A stretch of 64,000 nucleotides of DNA, counting the filler, from Collodictyon triciliatum (lineage: Eukaryota): the NCBI GenBank assembly GCA_043381765.1. It is 8 parts of 8 records of this genome, joined end to end, with 100 filler letters (N's around TTAATTAATTAA, not from the genome) between each part and the next. Parts side by side here need not be neighbours in the genome. Positions count along the whole stretch, not along the records: positions 44,696 to 53,524 come from JBHJMP010003264.1; positions 53,625 to 62,447 come from JBHJMP010003265.1; positions 62,548 to 64,000 come from JBHJMP010003382.1; 5 more parts are not named here. One strand, 5' to 3'. Each line of letters starts with the position of its first letter. Position 1 is the first letter of the stretch. Of the stretch, positions 53,207-64,000 are shown piece after piece. Made by a program: the position numbers and the translations under genes. Below the pieces are notes generated by a model. The model searched no databases, was not told the origin of the DNA, and saw only the letters and a program-made list of their open reading frames with translations.

Positions 53207-53431
53207 CCTTGGTTTACTGTATTTGGTAAGTGACCTTTTCGGTTACCTCTTTCAAGACTATCGAGTGGCTGTCAAATCGACCAGGTGGGGGCTAGGAGTT
53301 CGGCTGAGCTACAAATTACATGATTTATTTTTCGTTTTGGAAAAAATCCTATGCGTTTAAAAAAACTTGCAGGCTCTGTGTGTCCTTTTTCTGCTCCTAT
53401 TTTTCTTGTTTCTTGTTTTTTTTTGTTTCTT

Positions 53432-53524
<93 letters not shown>

Positions 53525-53624
53525 NNNNNNNNNNNNNNNNNNNNNNNNNNNNNNNNNNNNNNNNNNNNTTAATTAATTAANNNNNNNNNNNNNNNNNNNN
53601 NNNNNNNNNNNNNNNNNNNNNNNN

Positions 53625-53662
<38 letters not shown>
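53625..53662. repeat. (AC)n microsatellite
   Basis: Tandem dinucleotide at the scaffold start. Confidence 0.95.
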
Positions 53663-53664
<2 letters not shown>

Positions 53665-53686
53665 CCGACCGGGCCGGACAATCAAG

Positions 53687-53851
53687 GCTATGGCACATTA
53701 CGAATTCGGGCGCCACTCCATGCCTGGGTCAGAAACGCGCACAGAGCATCTCTCCAAGAGCGTGAAGCTCTTCAGCGAAATGAAGGCCGGATTTTGGGCC
53801 ACGCGCGCGCAACAGGAGGTCACGGCCGTCCCCTTCCGCTTCACCAATTAG
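53687..53851 (+). CDS. Last exon of a TPR-like C-terminus resembling soluble cyclase-STAND ATPase-TPR proteins
   Basis: After an AAG acceptor: AMAHYEFGRHSMPGSETRTEHLSKSVKLFSEMKAGFWATRAQQE..FTN*. GC-rich codon usage; rest of gene off scaffold. Confidence 0.5.
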   Translation, partial: AMAHYEFGRHSMPGSETRTEHLSKSVKLFSEMKAGFWATRAQQEVTAVPFRFTN

Positions 53852-54417
53852 ACGCAGGCCTTCATTTGTTCTTCTATCCGCATCCTGTCTACCCCCCAAA
53901 CTATTCTGTTCATGCGAGTGCCCCACCCGCCATATCGCCGGTAAATCGAAAATCTTAAATCAAGAGTTGAAACAAAGTTCATAGCCATGCAAAGCGAGCT
54001 ACAAAACAGTCTCCCACCCTTTTCTTTTCTTTTTTCTTTTTTGGACTCCCTGGGGCGATGAAAGGATGTGCTGGATTCACCTCGTCTCATGCAGCATATG
54101 GTTTGTCTTCACTGCTGTTACTATCGCTGATGCTATTATCAACGATGGTGTCATAACCTCTCCCCCTCCCTCCCTCTTTTTCATCATCACCTCCAAACCA
54201 AGCGAATGTGGCTCCAGTGTTCATACGCCATTTTATTCGGATATTCCCCAACAAAAAAGGTCGTGTTCCACACTGGCAGAGTCGCCTCAAAGACAGAACA
54301 AGGAAGAGAGAAAAGAAAAAGAAGAAAATGGGTCAAGGAAATCGGAAGAAGAAAACTGCACACCCTCTTGTCTGTGGGGATGCCAAACGCCAAAGGAGCG
54401 AACCCAACCCACCTCCC

Positions 54418-57400
54418 TCAGGACTTTGAAGTTCCGAAGCCCATCTGCGTGTTTCCCTGACGCGCCGGGCCGCCCGACACATGGATCATCGAGAAGCTTC
54501 CGGTGCCTGGGAGCCGCACAGCCGATTGCACAGGCATGCTTGGCAGATTCACAGATATCTGGGACGTTGCGTTGGGAGCAGGATTCGAGTTTGGTGGGAT
54601 GTAGCCTCGAATGGACGGGGAAGTGTATCGCGGAGAAGCAAGCTCGCTGGTGGTGAGAGTCTGGGGCTGATTTGGAGGCTGGGGCTGCGCTGCCGGTTTC
54701 GGGGTCATGGAGCTTTGCGGGCCGTCCTGGAGAATGACGCGGGAATACGGGACCAGCTGGGCAGACCCGTGCCTCTGCGAAACTATACGCGGGCTTTGCT
54801 GCATCGCATCGAGCTGGGCGGCGTTGAAAGAGCGGTAGTTTGACGCGCCGGAGGAGGCAGAGATGTCCGGCGTGTTTGGAGCCGAGACAAAGGAGAAAGA
54901 GCGCTGCATCGGGGCCGAGTCTGAGTCGGGGCCGCCCGTTCCAGTGGACGACGCCGTGTTTGTGGAGGAGACGGTGACGAACTGCGGCGCGTGGACCATG
55001 GGGATGCTTCCTGTGTGGAACGTCCCGCTGCGATGCAGCGTTCTTGGGGCGTTTGAGTCGAAGGAGGACGGGGCAAACTGGGGCAGCGGCCGGTGATGCA
55101 TGGGGCTGGGGCTGGGGCTGGGGCTGGGGCTTGGGCTGGGACTCGGCGTCGATGTTGGCGTCGGGAGGACGCGGGGGACAGGGTGGGCCGGCTGAGGATG
55201 AGGCTGTGACGAGTAGACAAAGGGGATGTGGACAGGTGTGGAGAACCCTGCGTTCAGCAATGGGACTATGATGGTGGTGGTGGTGGTGGTGGTGGTGGTT
55301 GCTGTTCCTGATGCTGATGATAATGATGGCGACGGGGCTGCAGACGAGACTGAAGGCATGCTGGTAGTCGACAAGGACCGCGTCATTCCGCCAAGCATCC
55401 TCTTCTCGTCCTGGGCAGAGGATTCCTCAGATGCGGTGGCTCCCTTCTGCTGCTGTCTTTGATGCTGCTGCATCTGCACCAATTGCTCGTGCTGCTGCGT
55501 AAGGTCTTGGACCTCCCCAATCAGTTTGTTGCGCTCGGTGCTTTCCTTGCGCCCGTACTCCTGCGCCTCTTTGAGTTTCAGGCGGAGGCTTTCCATGCCA
55601 TCCAGCGACTGGATGTGGTCGGCTTGCAGGGAGTCATACGAGTTTTTGAACAGGTCGCGCTCTTTGCGAACCTGCTGGTTTTCGTGTTGGAGAACCTGCT
55701 TCTCTGTCTCCAACGTCCGGACTCGGCTCCTCTCATCCGCCAGGTCTCCTTCAATAGCCGAAAGTCGCAGGATGTCCTCCCTCAGTTTCTGAATCTGCTG
55801 CAACTCGGCGCCGTGCTTCATTCGATCGACCTCACTTTCTAGGGACCGAACTTGAGTCAGTCTCTCCACCAGTGTTTTAAGTCGCGCAACTTCCGACTCC
55901 AATCGCCCATTCTCGGCCTCCAAGCGAGAAATCTCTTGACGCAGCTCGCGGTCTGCATTTCTCAATCGAACAAGATCTGGATTTCTCTGGGAGGTGGTCG
56001 AGTTTGTCTCGGAAAGCTCTTCCCGCAGGCGCTGGACATCCCCCTCCAGAATGGAATTTCGGGAAGATAATTTCCGCATTTTCTCCGACAGCTCATTGAC
56101 TTCTTTTTCCAATGCCGCATTCCTTGAAATCAGCTCGGCATTGCGGGATTTTAATTGATTGGATATGTCCTTTTGGCCTCCCAACTCCAGCTCCAATCCC
56201 CGCAGCAGAGCATTTTCGGCCTCTAATTTCCGGATGGTTTCTTTTTGATTGACAATCTCGGAGGCAAACCTCGATACCTGAGACTGCAGGTCACTATTGG
56301 TCGATCTTGCATCTTGTAAAGACCTTTCAGTTGACATCTTTTGCGATTCCATTTCAGCTTCCTGACGGGCTAGAGTTTCTTTAAGCGAAGTGATTGTCTC
56401 CTTTTGGGATTGGCCTTCCTTGTAGAGACTCTCATTGTCGTACTTTAGGTTCGAATTTGAACCCTCGTATTCTCGAATAATTTCATGGAGGCGACTAATA
56501 TCTGCCTCCAGCTTTTTCAGACTTTCAATTTCAGCTTCCAGTCTTTCCTTGGTTTCAAGAAGCATTTTGTTGGATTTTTCCAGCTGTTGTTTCGATGTTG
56601 AAACCTGCTTGGCTTCAGATTCGACCTGCCTCAGTCTCTGAATCTCTTTTTCGAGCTCTTTGATTTGATGAGCTTGGCTTTGAAGGGCGTGCGCGCGACT
56701 GGTCTCGTTTTGTGCTTCCATTCTTTGCAGCCGTGTGAATTGGCCCTCAATCTCCTGCAAGCGGGATATTTCGGCTTCAAGCTCCTCTATTGTTTCTTCT
56801 GATGCAACCACGCGCGCTTCCAGGCCATTAGATTTTTCTTCCAATTCACTGTACTCTGTTTCTAGAATGTGCACTCGTTTGTGCTCTTCCTCTAATGATT
56901 TGTACTTTTCTTGGAGCTGAACGTTTTGTTGTTGAAGATTTACAACCTGCTCCTTCGACTGGGATACAGAAACCTCAAATTGGCGGAACGAGGTTTGAAG
57001 TTGGTCATATTTTGCTGCTATACCACGAAGCCTAGAGTTTTCATCTTCCAATTGATCCAGCACGGCTATTTGGCTCTCCACATTCTGGAGACGAGCGACT
57101 TCAGTTTCCAAACTCTTGTTGCTAGATTTCAGCTGTGCCATGGCATTGTGCAATTCTGATATCTCTTCGGAGTAGACCCTGGCCTCTGCACTATCATTTT
57201 CTTTTGCTTGAACCTGGACTTTGAGGTGCTCATTCTCTCCCTGAAGCTCATGAAGGCTGATTTGAAGTCGAGCCACTTCAGCTGTTAGGATTCTGATATC
57301 CTCATTCGTGTCTGGATTTGCTGGTTGGTTCGACTCATGGAACTCTATTTCTATTTGCCGAAGTCGGATAACCTCACTTTCCAGGGCAGTGTTCTGAGCC

Positions 57401-59699
57401 TCTAGATGCTGGATAAGAGAATTGAGCTCAGCAACCGTCTCTTGGTTTCTTTCGTTTTCACTATTGGAATCTTTTCTCTCATCACTTTCTTCATCTTCAT
57501 CTTCATCTTCATCTTCAACCCCTTCATCTCCCTCTGTATCCTGTTCGTCATCTTCATCCTCTTCTCCGTCTTGCCTCTCTCCGGAGAGAAGGGCAATGCC
57601 GAGGCCACGGGACCTGCCCCTGGCCAGAATTTCCAACTCTGCGTTTCTTCCTTCAAGTTCTTGAATAATTTCCAGAAGACGAGGAACGTCACTCTCTTTC
57701 GTCTCCAATTCTACCAAAGAGTCGGCCAATCCACCTGGGCCTGAGATAGTATGTTGGGCCATTTGTGAATCCAAAGGTTGTGATGTGGATTCGAGAGTTG
57801 CCTTCAAATAAACAATGTCAGATTCCAAACTTGAATGTTTGGCCTCGAAGGATTCTATAGACTCTTGGATAAACTGCAGTCCTTGGAAAGAGGTTATGCT
57901 GGTTTCTGGCGTTTGAGGGTCATGAGTGGTGGCGAATGAATTGAAGTTTGAACCTCCTTTCAAAAGTCTAGCGTAGAGATGGTTGATGGATTGGTCATAT
58001 ATATCCAAGTATCGTCGCAACTCAAAAATGCACAAAACAGAACGCAAGTGGGTGGGGAGCAGCAGCGACGGAACGTCGTTTGGCAGGCTCATTTGCACCC
58101 AGGTGCTTGAGATTTTTCCCCTTGATTCTATACATCGTTGGATTGATTCCAACATATTGATGTGGAAGCGATTAAAAGACATGAATGACTCTGTATGTTG
58201 ATGGATTCTTGTCCAGTTTTTTTCGATTTCAGCTACCGCAACTGCATCATCTAAAGCTATCGATGTGTTGGGAGACTCTGGGGTGCTGGAGAGGCAAGCA
58301 GAGATGTGTGCAATACGTCGGCACAAGGAAGCATAAGATTGTTGCAACGAGGCCATTTGCTGATTAAACTCAATCTTTTGACGGTCTGACTCAAGGGCCT
58401 TCTGTGTCACTGTCACATTTTGATATTCCTCCTGGAGCTGTTGCGCCTTTTGTACTTGCTCTTTCAATAGACCTTCCATTTCACGACGCTTCGAGCGCTG
58501 GGTGTCTAGTTCGCTCTTGAGTCCAATAGCCAAGGCACTCAAGGATGAAAATTCGCCCATCCGAATACTATCTGCCTCCTGGAGTGCAATACTTTCTTCC
58601 TCATACTCTTTCAATATTGCTCGCACTCGGGCTATTCCTGCCTCGTAGTCACGCTTTTCAGCCTGGGTAATCGACAGCTGGGACCGATTCGATGCCTCAC
58701 TGGACTTTAATTCGACAACTTTGCTCAATAATGCGCTCATGGGATGGCTAGTTTCAATGCCTAGCTCCTCGTAAACGCCAAGAACAAATTCAGATTGTTC
58801 GTTCAGATATCCAAGAACTCCTTCGACGAGATACTCGAGATATCGTGCAACATCTATGGGCGATTGAAAATTTTGTGGGCGTCCCTTTGCATTATGTTTC
58901 TCGATCGTTTGGATGGAGCGTTGTATGATATCCTGCATGTCTCTAATGATTTTCTGTTCTTGTTTGACAATTAACTGAAGTTCCTCTAAAGAAGATTGGT
59001 TGGAGTGCGCCTTGGCTTCAGCTACAATTTTTGAATACTGTTCGTTTTCTAGAAGAAGCTGCTGGACTTTTTGTTGTAACGCTTGATTCTCTGCCGAGTG
59101 CTTTTGAGCAGAAGTCTCTTGGTTTGCTTGATTTTCTCGGCACGCTACAAGTTCTTGCTGTAATTTCTCTATCTCCACCGATGTTGAAGCTCGAATTTTT
59201 TGAAGTTCTTGTGTCGCTTTCTCTAGTTCTTTTTGAGATTCATCGAGTCTTGACTTTAGGCTAATAATTTCGGCTTCGTTGGTGACATCACCTGCTAATT
59301 TAAAGATCAGGAGATCATTTTCCAAATATAATCTTGGATTTGAAATATAGCTTTTCTGTCGAAAAAAAAAAATGTATGTGATTTTTTACGCTCTGTGTGC
59401 ACAGTAGGTGCCGAAATGGATAAAACTCCCCGTGGTGTTGGGAGTAGTTCACTTGAGCTATGAACGCTGCTAGCTCCATCTGTGTCGTTAGCTTGCTCCA
59501 GTAGTCTGACGTATTCAGTTTGTTGTGCATATAGGTCATTAAGGCTTTGATACTGTTGAAGAAGAGTATTATATTCTTCATCTTTCCTGTCGATATCTAT
59601 CTCGTGTGCTTTTATCCTCCCTTCTAATATTTCGATATCCCTCTTCTGACTCTCCACCAAATCCTTTAAGAGTTCGTATTCCTTTACCAAATCATTCAT
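54418..59699 (-). CDS. Very long coiled-coil region with an acidic linker and a Pro/Ser/Thr-rich tail (one exon of about 4.9 kb plus an upstream exon); probably the 3' part of the RhoGAP gene
   Basis: 1635-aa uninterrupted ORF rich in E/L/Q/K heptads; upstream exon ..EYELLKDLVESQKRDIEILEGR..; a short intron near 59.36-59.43 kb restores the frame. Confidence 0.9.
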
Positions 59700-59950
59700 G
59701 GTGAAAAAAAATTCACTTTTTAGATTTAGGTACATCCTACTTTGTTGCAATTTATTACAATTTTTTCCTTTTTCCTTTTTCCTTTCCTCCTTCTTCTTCC
59801 TTCTTCCTTCTTCCTTCTTCCTTCTTCCTTCTTTTTTCTTTTCTTTTCTTTTCTTTTCTTTTCTTTTCTTTTCTTTTCTTTTCTTTTCTTTTCTTTTCTT
59901 TTCTTTTCTTTTCTTTTCTTTTCTTTTCTTTTCTTTTTCCTTAGCTTCAT

Positions 59951-62120
59951 TTAGATATTAAATCTCACATTCGATGCGCCAACCTCAGACCGAGGAGAAT
60001 GGATATCTAGCTTCTCAGAATTGTATTGACTGCCGATGGTTCCGTGTTCCTTGTGATTTTGTGCTCGAATTCTATCAGATAGAGAAGCTATTTCCCCTGC
60101 GCCTCGATAGACGTTGAAAGACCCATATTGAGTCAGGAATGCTCGAAGAATTTCCACTTTTTTGGACAGTGTTTTTTCCCTAGCGCAAATGATTTAATTA
60201 GAAATGTGTTCATCAATTTCCCGACAGTTTAAGGCTGCTAAGAGATAGAAGGGACAATACTCTGCTGAGCTAGATACTTCAGATACGGTGGTGGAACTCG
60301 CTTTGTCAACGGACCAACTGTCCAACTTCCGTGTTGTCTCATGAAAATCCTCTTGAATGAACTGTTGTAGACAACATACGTAAGAATGAAATTACTCAAT
60401 ATATTATTTTTGAGAAGAAATATAGAGAATACTGAGGATTTAAAGCGGTTATCAATTATTTCGAAAAAAATAATTAGTTGCTAGACATGGCCACTTGATT
60501 TAAGTGCCTCCATTTTAAAGAAAAGTATATACCGGCATTATCACTTGTAAATCGACTAAAATGCTTTGTGCCGATACTAAATTAAAATAGTTGATCATTT
60601 TCAATTTTATCAGGGCATTTAATTGTAGAAATATATGTTTTCTGACAACAAGAAGAACCTTCTCCGCCCTTCTCACGGTACTTTTTTCTGTAATACTTTT
60701 CTCGCCTTCTCGGTGTCAAGTGAAAGAGAGCCCATTCATTATCCTCAAGAGTAAAAATTCCAAAATTTGCAATTAACGACCTACAAATAAATAAATTAAA
60801 AAATCAGATAATGTGTCTCAGTAAATAGTTTTTTTCACGGGTAACGATGCGAGCATCAGATTACATAAAACTTGAGGTTTCAGCAACTGATGAATGAACA
60901 CAAAATATTTCAACAGCGCAACAACTTAACCAAGTACGAACGAGAAAAAAATGGGTATCTTGAATGATTCAATACGTGATTGAGGAAAGTGATTACTTCA
61001 AAAAACGAACGGGAAGATTAATTATGTCTACGTCACTGGCTCCCGACTTTAGCTTTACCATGCACTCCCCCAGCACAACAGCCTATTTTAATGTCGTTAT
61101 CAAATGGGAATGTATGGTGCCACGGAGATGTAGTATTCGGTATTCTTTAAAAAAAAATGAAAAGAAATGAAATCCCAACTGGATAATGTCTTATTCCATA
61201 TATCTATTCGTATTGTTATTTGTGTGCATATTACCAAACTATCTACGTTCATCTCATTAACTTCAGCCTTCTTTGATATAACAATTATGAGAGCGCACAT
61301 GCACTCTAGAAGGCGGCGGTGATGATCAGGAATTCGCATGACGATTGACCTGAGCTCAATGATGTCATCTGGCATGCCTGAGTAGCAGTAAATCATTAAT
61401 CAACCAGCCGAAACATCCCATGATATGAATGGCCTTGACAACAGTAAATCTTGAGGAACAAACTTTGTTCCCACGTTTGAAACTCGGACAGGGTGGATAC
61501 AGGAATCAGAGACTCTGGTAGGTCAGATAAGTAGCGTTTCATCAGTGCAGTTACATCATGGGGGTCCCGAATAGAGGATATATTCACAGATCGTCCTAAG
61601 GTTTGAATTACGTTTTTGGGACATTGTCATTTCACAAAAATAACACAAAAACAACCAACAAAAAAAAGTATTTACTTCGTCTTTTGGGATATACTTGGAT
61701 GTAATAGACGTTAATTCACCATTCATATTTGCCTTTATTATGGTAAACTTCAAAGTAATATACCCATATTGGCCGTGCTTACGTATCCTCCAACACGCTC
61801 TTTATTTCCAGAGACTCTGAATATTTCTTTCACCTCCAGGGCTTAAAAAAAAAAATCATGTATATGGTTATTGAAAAATAGTAAAGAATTCATAAATATT
61901 TTGCAAAAGCTGAAGAATAAAATCGTTTGGAAAGAATATAAATAGATAAGTAAGACTTTACTTGTTGTGAAATATTTTAAAGATAATCCTAGGTACCTTC
62001 GTTGACTATGTAGCTAACACAGTCCTGGAGAATCTTTGGGATGCTAAGTCGCGACCCAGCAAGGTTCTGTCGCTCCATTACGACATTCAACGACTCACCA
62101 AAGACGCGTTTTCCTTCCAT
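59951..62120 (-). CDS. RhoGAP-domain protein (N-terminal RhoGAP)
   Basis: MEGKRVFGESL..IPKILQDCVSYI|..EIFRVSG (arginine finger)..DPHDVTALMKRYLSDLPESLIP..IPDHHRRLLE..NEMN..SLIANFGIF. Ends at TAA 59951-59953 unless spliced at the donor at 59968. Confidence 0.9.
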
Positions 62121-63477
62121 GGTCGCCTAAATGGAGGGGGACAGCGGTCACTGGCTCTTCTGCCGAGCGCGGAGCATAAATTAAGTGTTATGCTTTAAAA
62201 CCCTCTCCTCTTTTTTTTAATTTTAAATTATGTAAACTATTTGACAGTGAAATTTCCCTGTAGTCCTTGTCCACAATACTGAGTATATATACACGAGTCG
62301 CTCTGTCTTCGAGCAAGTTTGTTTTTTCTTTCTTTCTTTTTTTCTTTTTTTCTTTTTTATTTCTTTTTTATTTCTTTTTTATTTCTTTTTTATTTCTTTT
62401 TTATTTCTTTTTTATTTCTTTTTTATTTCTTTTTTATTTCTTTTTTANNNNNNNNNNNNNNNNNNNNNNNNNNNNNNNNNNNNNNNNNNNNTTAATTAAT
62501 TAANNNNNNNNNNNNNNNNNNNNNNNNNNNNNNNNNNNNNNNNNNNNGGCCTGGATGCGTGACGCAAGCCCCACGCGGGGGAGGCTGACGCTCCACGTTC
62601 AATGAACCAAAAGCTAGAGAAGGGTTGGCACCCCTTTTTTCGCGCGCGTGATGCGCGAAGCAGCTTGAAGCAGCAGCCAGCAACCAACCAAGCAAGCAGC
62701 AGTGTTTTGTCTCGACTGCCTTCCTCAAGTCGTCTTTTAAGCTTCACTCACACATGTGCGAGCGCACACACGAGACTCGAACAGCCTTCAACTTGCTTTC
62801 GGCTGAATAATGCAGTGTCTTTACTACGACACACACGAGGCCTCTCAAGTAAGTCTTCTCTTCACTTTGCCACTTCATTATGTTTTTTGTTTTCTGTCTT
62901 CAGAATTCTCTCTTTTATTTTGTTAAAAAAACAGACACACACACGAAGCTTTCTCTCAAATCATTTATCCCACTTTGCCACTTTTCTTTAGATTTTTGGC
63001 AAAAATTCCGCTTCTTTCTGCTGCCCACACGCGAAGCTTCTTGTAATTTTTATTGTTATCGAATCATAATTTGTCTTATGTTTTTTTTTGATTTCGTCGA
63101 ACTTTGCCAATTTTTTTTATTTTCCAGTTATTGTGTTTTTCATGTTATTTTCAATAAAAGTCTTCCAAATCAACCTTTTTTTCTTGCCAGCCGTCTAGTT
63201 TCCGCCACTATCTCCGCTATCCTTATTATCGACGCTCGAAACCCCATTGCACCTCCGAATCTCTGCTATTTATTTCGCAGTTGATTCGTCCCTCCTCACT
63301 TTCCTGCTTTTCTTTCTGCCGCAACCAGTTATCTGCAACCCGTCACCTTCACCCATTCCCAAGCAGTACGACACCAAACAAATAAACACTGCGCAACCTG
63401 CTCACACAAAACTCGACTCATTCGTCTGCAGTTACCTCAGAGAACGTCACAACCACTTTCCGTCCCCCTCCGCCGCC

Positions 63478-64000
63478 ATGGCTGATCGCGCCGCCCGTCC
63501 CGAGAAGCTGCGAAAAATCGTCCGTGACGGCAGCATCGCGGAGCTCGAAAAATGCACAGAGCTGAGTCTCGCTAGGAAAAAACTGACTTCTGTGCCGCCC
63601 GGTGTCTGGGATCTGCCAGGCTTGGTGAAGTTGTCGCTCTGTGAAAATCAGCTTTCGTCGCTGCCGCCGGAAATATCGCGGTTGACGGGACTCACGTTGC
63701 TTAGTGTTCGTCGGAACCGGCTTTCGTCGCTGCCACCGGAAATATCGCAGTTGACGGGACTCGCGGAGCTTTATGTTCACAACAACCAGCTTTCGTCGCT
63801 GCCGCCGGAAATATCGCGGTTGACGGGACTCGCGTTGCTTAGTGTTTCCCTGAACCCTGTAAGTGTTTTTTTTTTTATTCATTTTTTTTTATGTTTTTAT
63901 GAAAGAAAAGTGACTAACGATGTGTGCAGATCGAGGAGCTTCCACCGCAAATCACGGCACTCACGAATCTGAAGAATCTCAACATCGAGTATGGAGGCGA
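63478..64000 (+). CDS. Leucine-rich repeat protein, 5' part (23-aa LRRs); continues beyond the window
   Basis: GCCGCCATGG start context; LxxLxLxxNxLxxLPPEI repeats; intron 63859-63929 with a TGACTAAC branch site; next exon IEELPPQITALTNLKNLNI. Confidence 0.92.
63649..63855 (+). repeat. Three tandem 69-bp coding repeats (LRR cassettes)
   Basis: Units 63649-63717, 63718-63786 and 63787-63855. The first 45 bp are nearly identical; the last 24 bp vary. Confidence 0.95.

Noticed and set aside
54481..59264. Plus-strand ORFs overlapping the long coiled-coil ORF
   Set aside because: Antisense shadows of a long coding exon.

Overview
AT-rich, intron-dense eukaryotic DNA, probably from a flagellated protist (it carries TPGS2 and a CSPP1/CCDC66-like gene). 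The genetic code is standard. The window is not one locus: it is 8 scaffolds joined by artificial 100-nt linkers (44 N + TTAATTAATTAA + 44 N), the six complete ones each about 8.82-8.84 kb, so neighbourhood across linkers means nothing. Genes reconstructed by hand-splicing: two tandem copine/vWA RGLG-type genes (one with a C3HC4 RING, one apparently without), an ArfGAP with two PH domains, two paralogous multi-TM class III nucleotidyl-cyclase-like genes, TPGS2 (partial), a CSPP1/CCDC66-like coiled-coil gene, a kinesin-1-like motor, Gos1 SNARE (partial), an insect-aaNAT-like GNAT, an unknown multi-exon gene, DCAF7/WDR68, a RhoGAP probably spliced onto a very long coiled-coil exon, and the start of an LRR gene. 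Best leads: (1) both cyclase paralogs have lost the canonical catalytic residues (pseudo-cyclases) yet share a conserved 24/29/14-nt micro-exon series, and one has a single in-frame TAA; (2) a dispersed family of tiny poly(A)-tailed insertions with 11-13-bp target-site duplications, found on four scaffolds; (3) 69-bp LRR cassettes with a near-constant DNA scaffold and a variable binding face. All gene models are manual and unverified by expression data or database searches.
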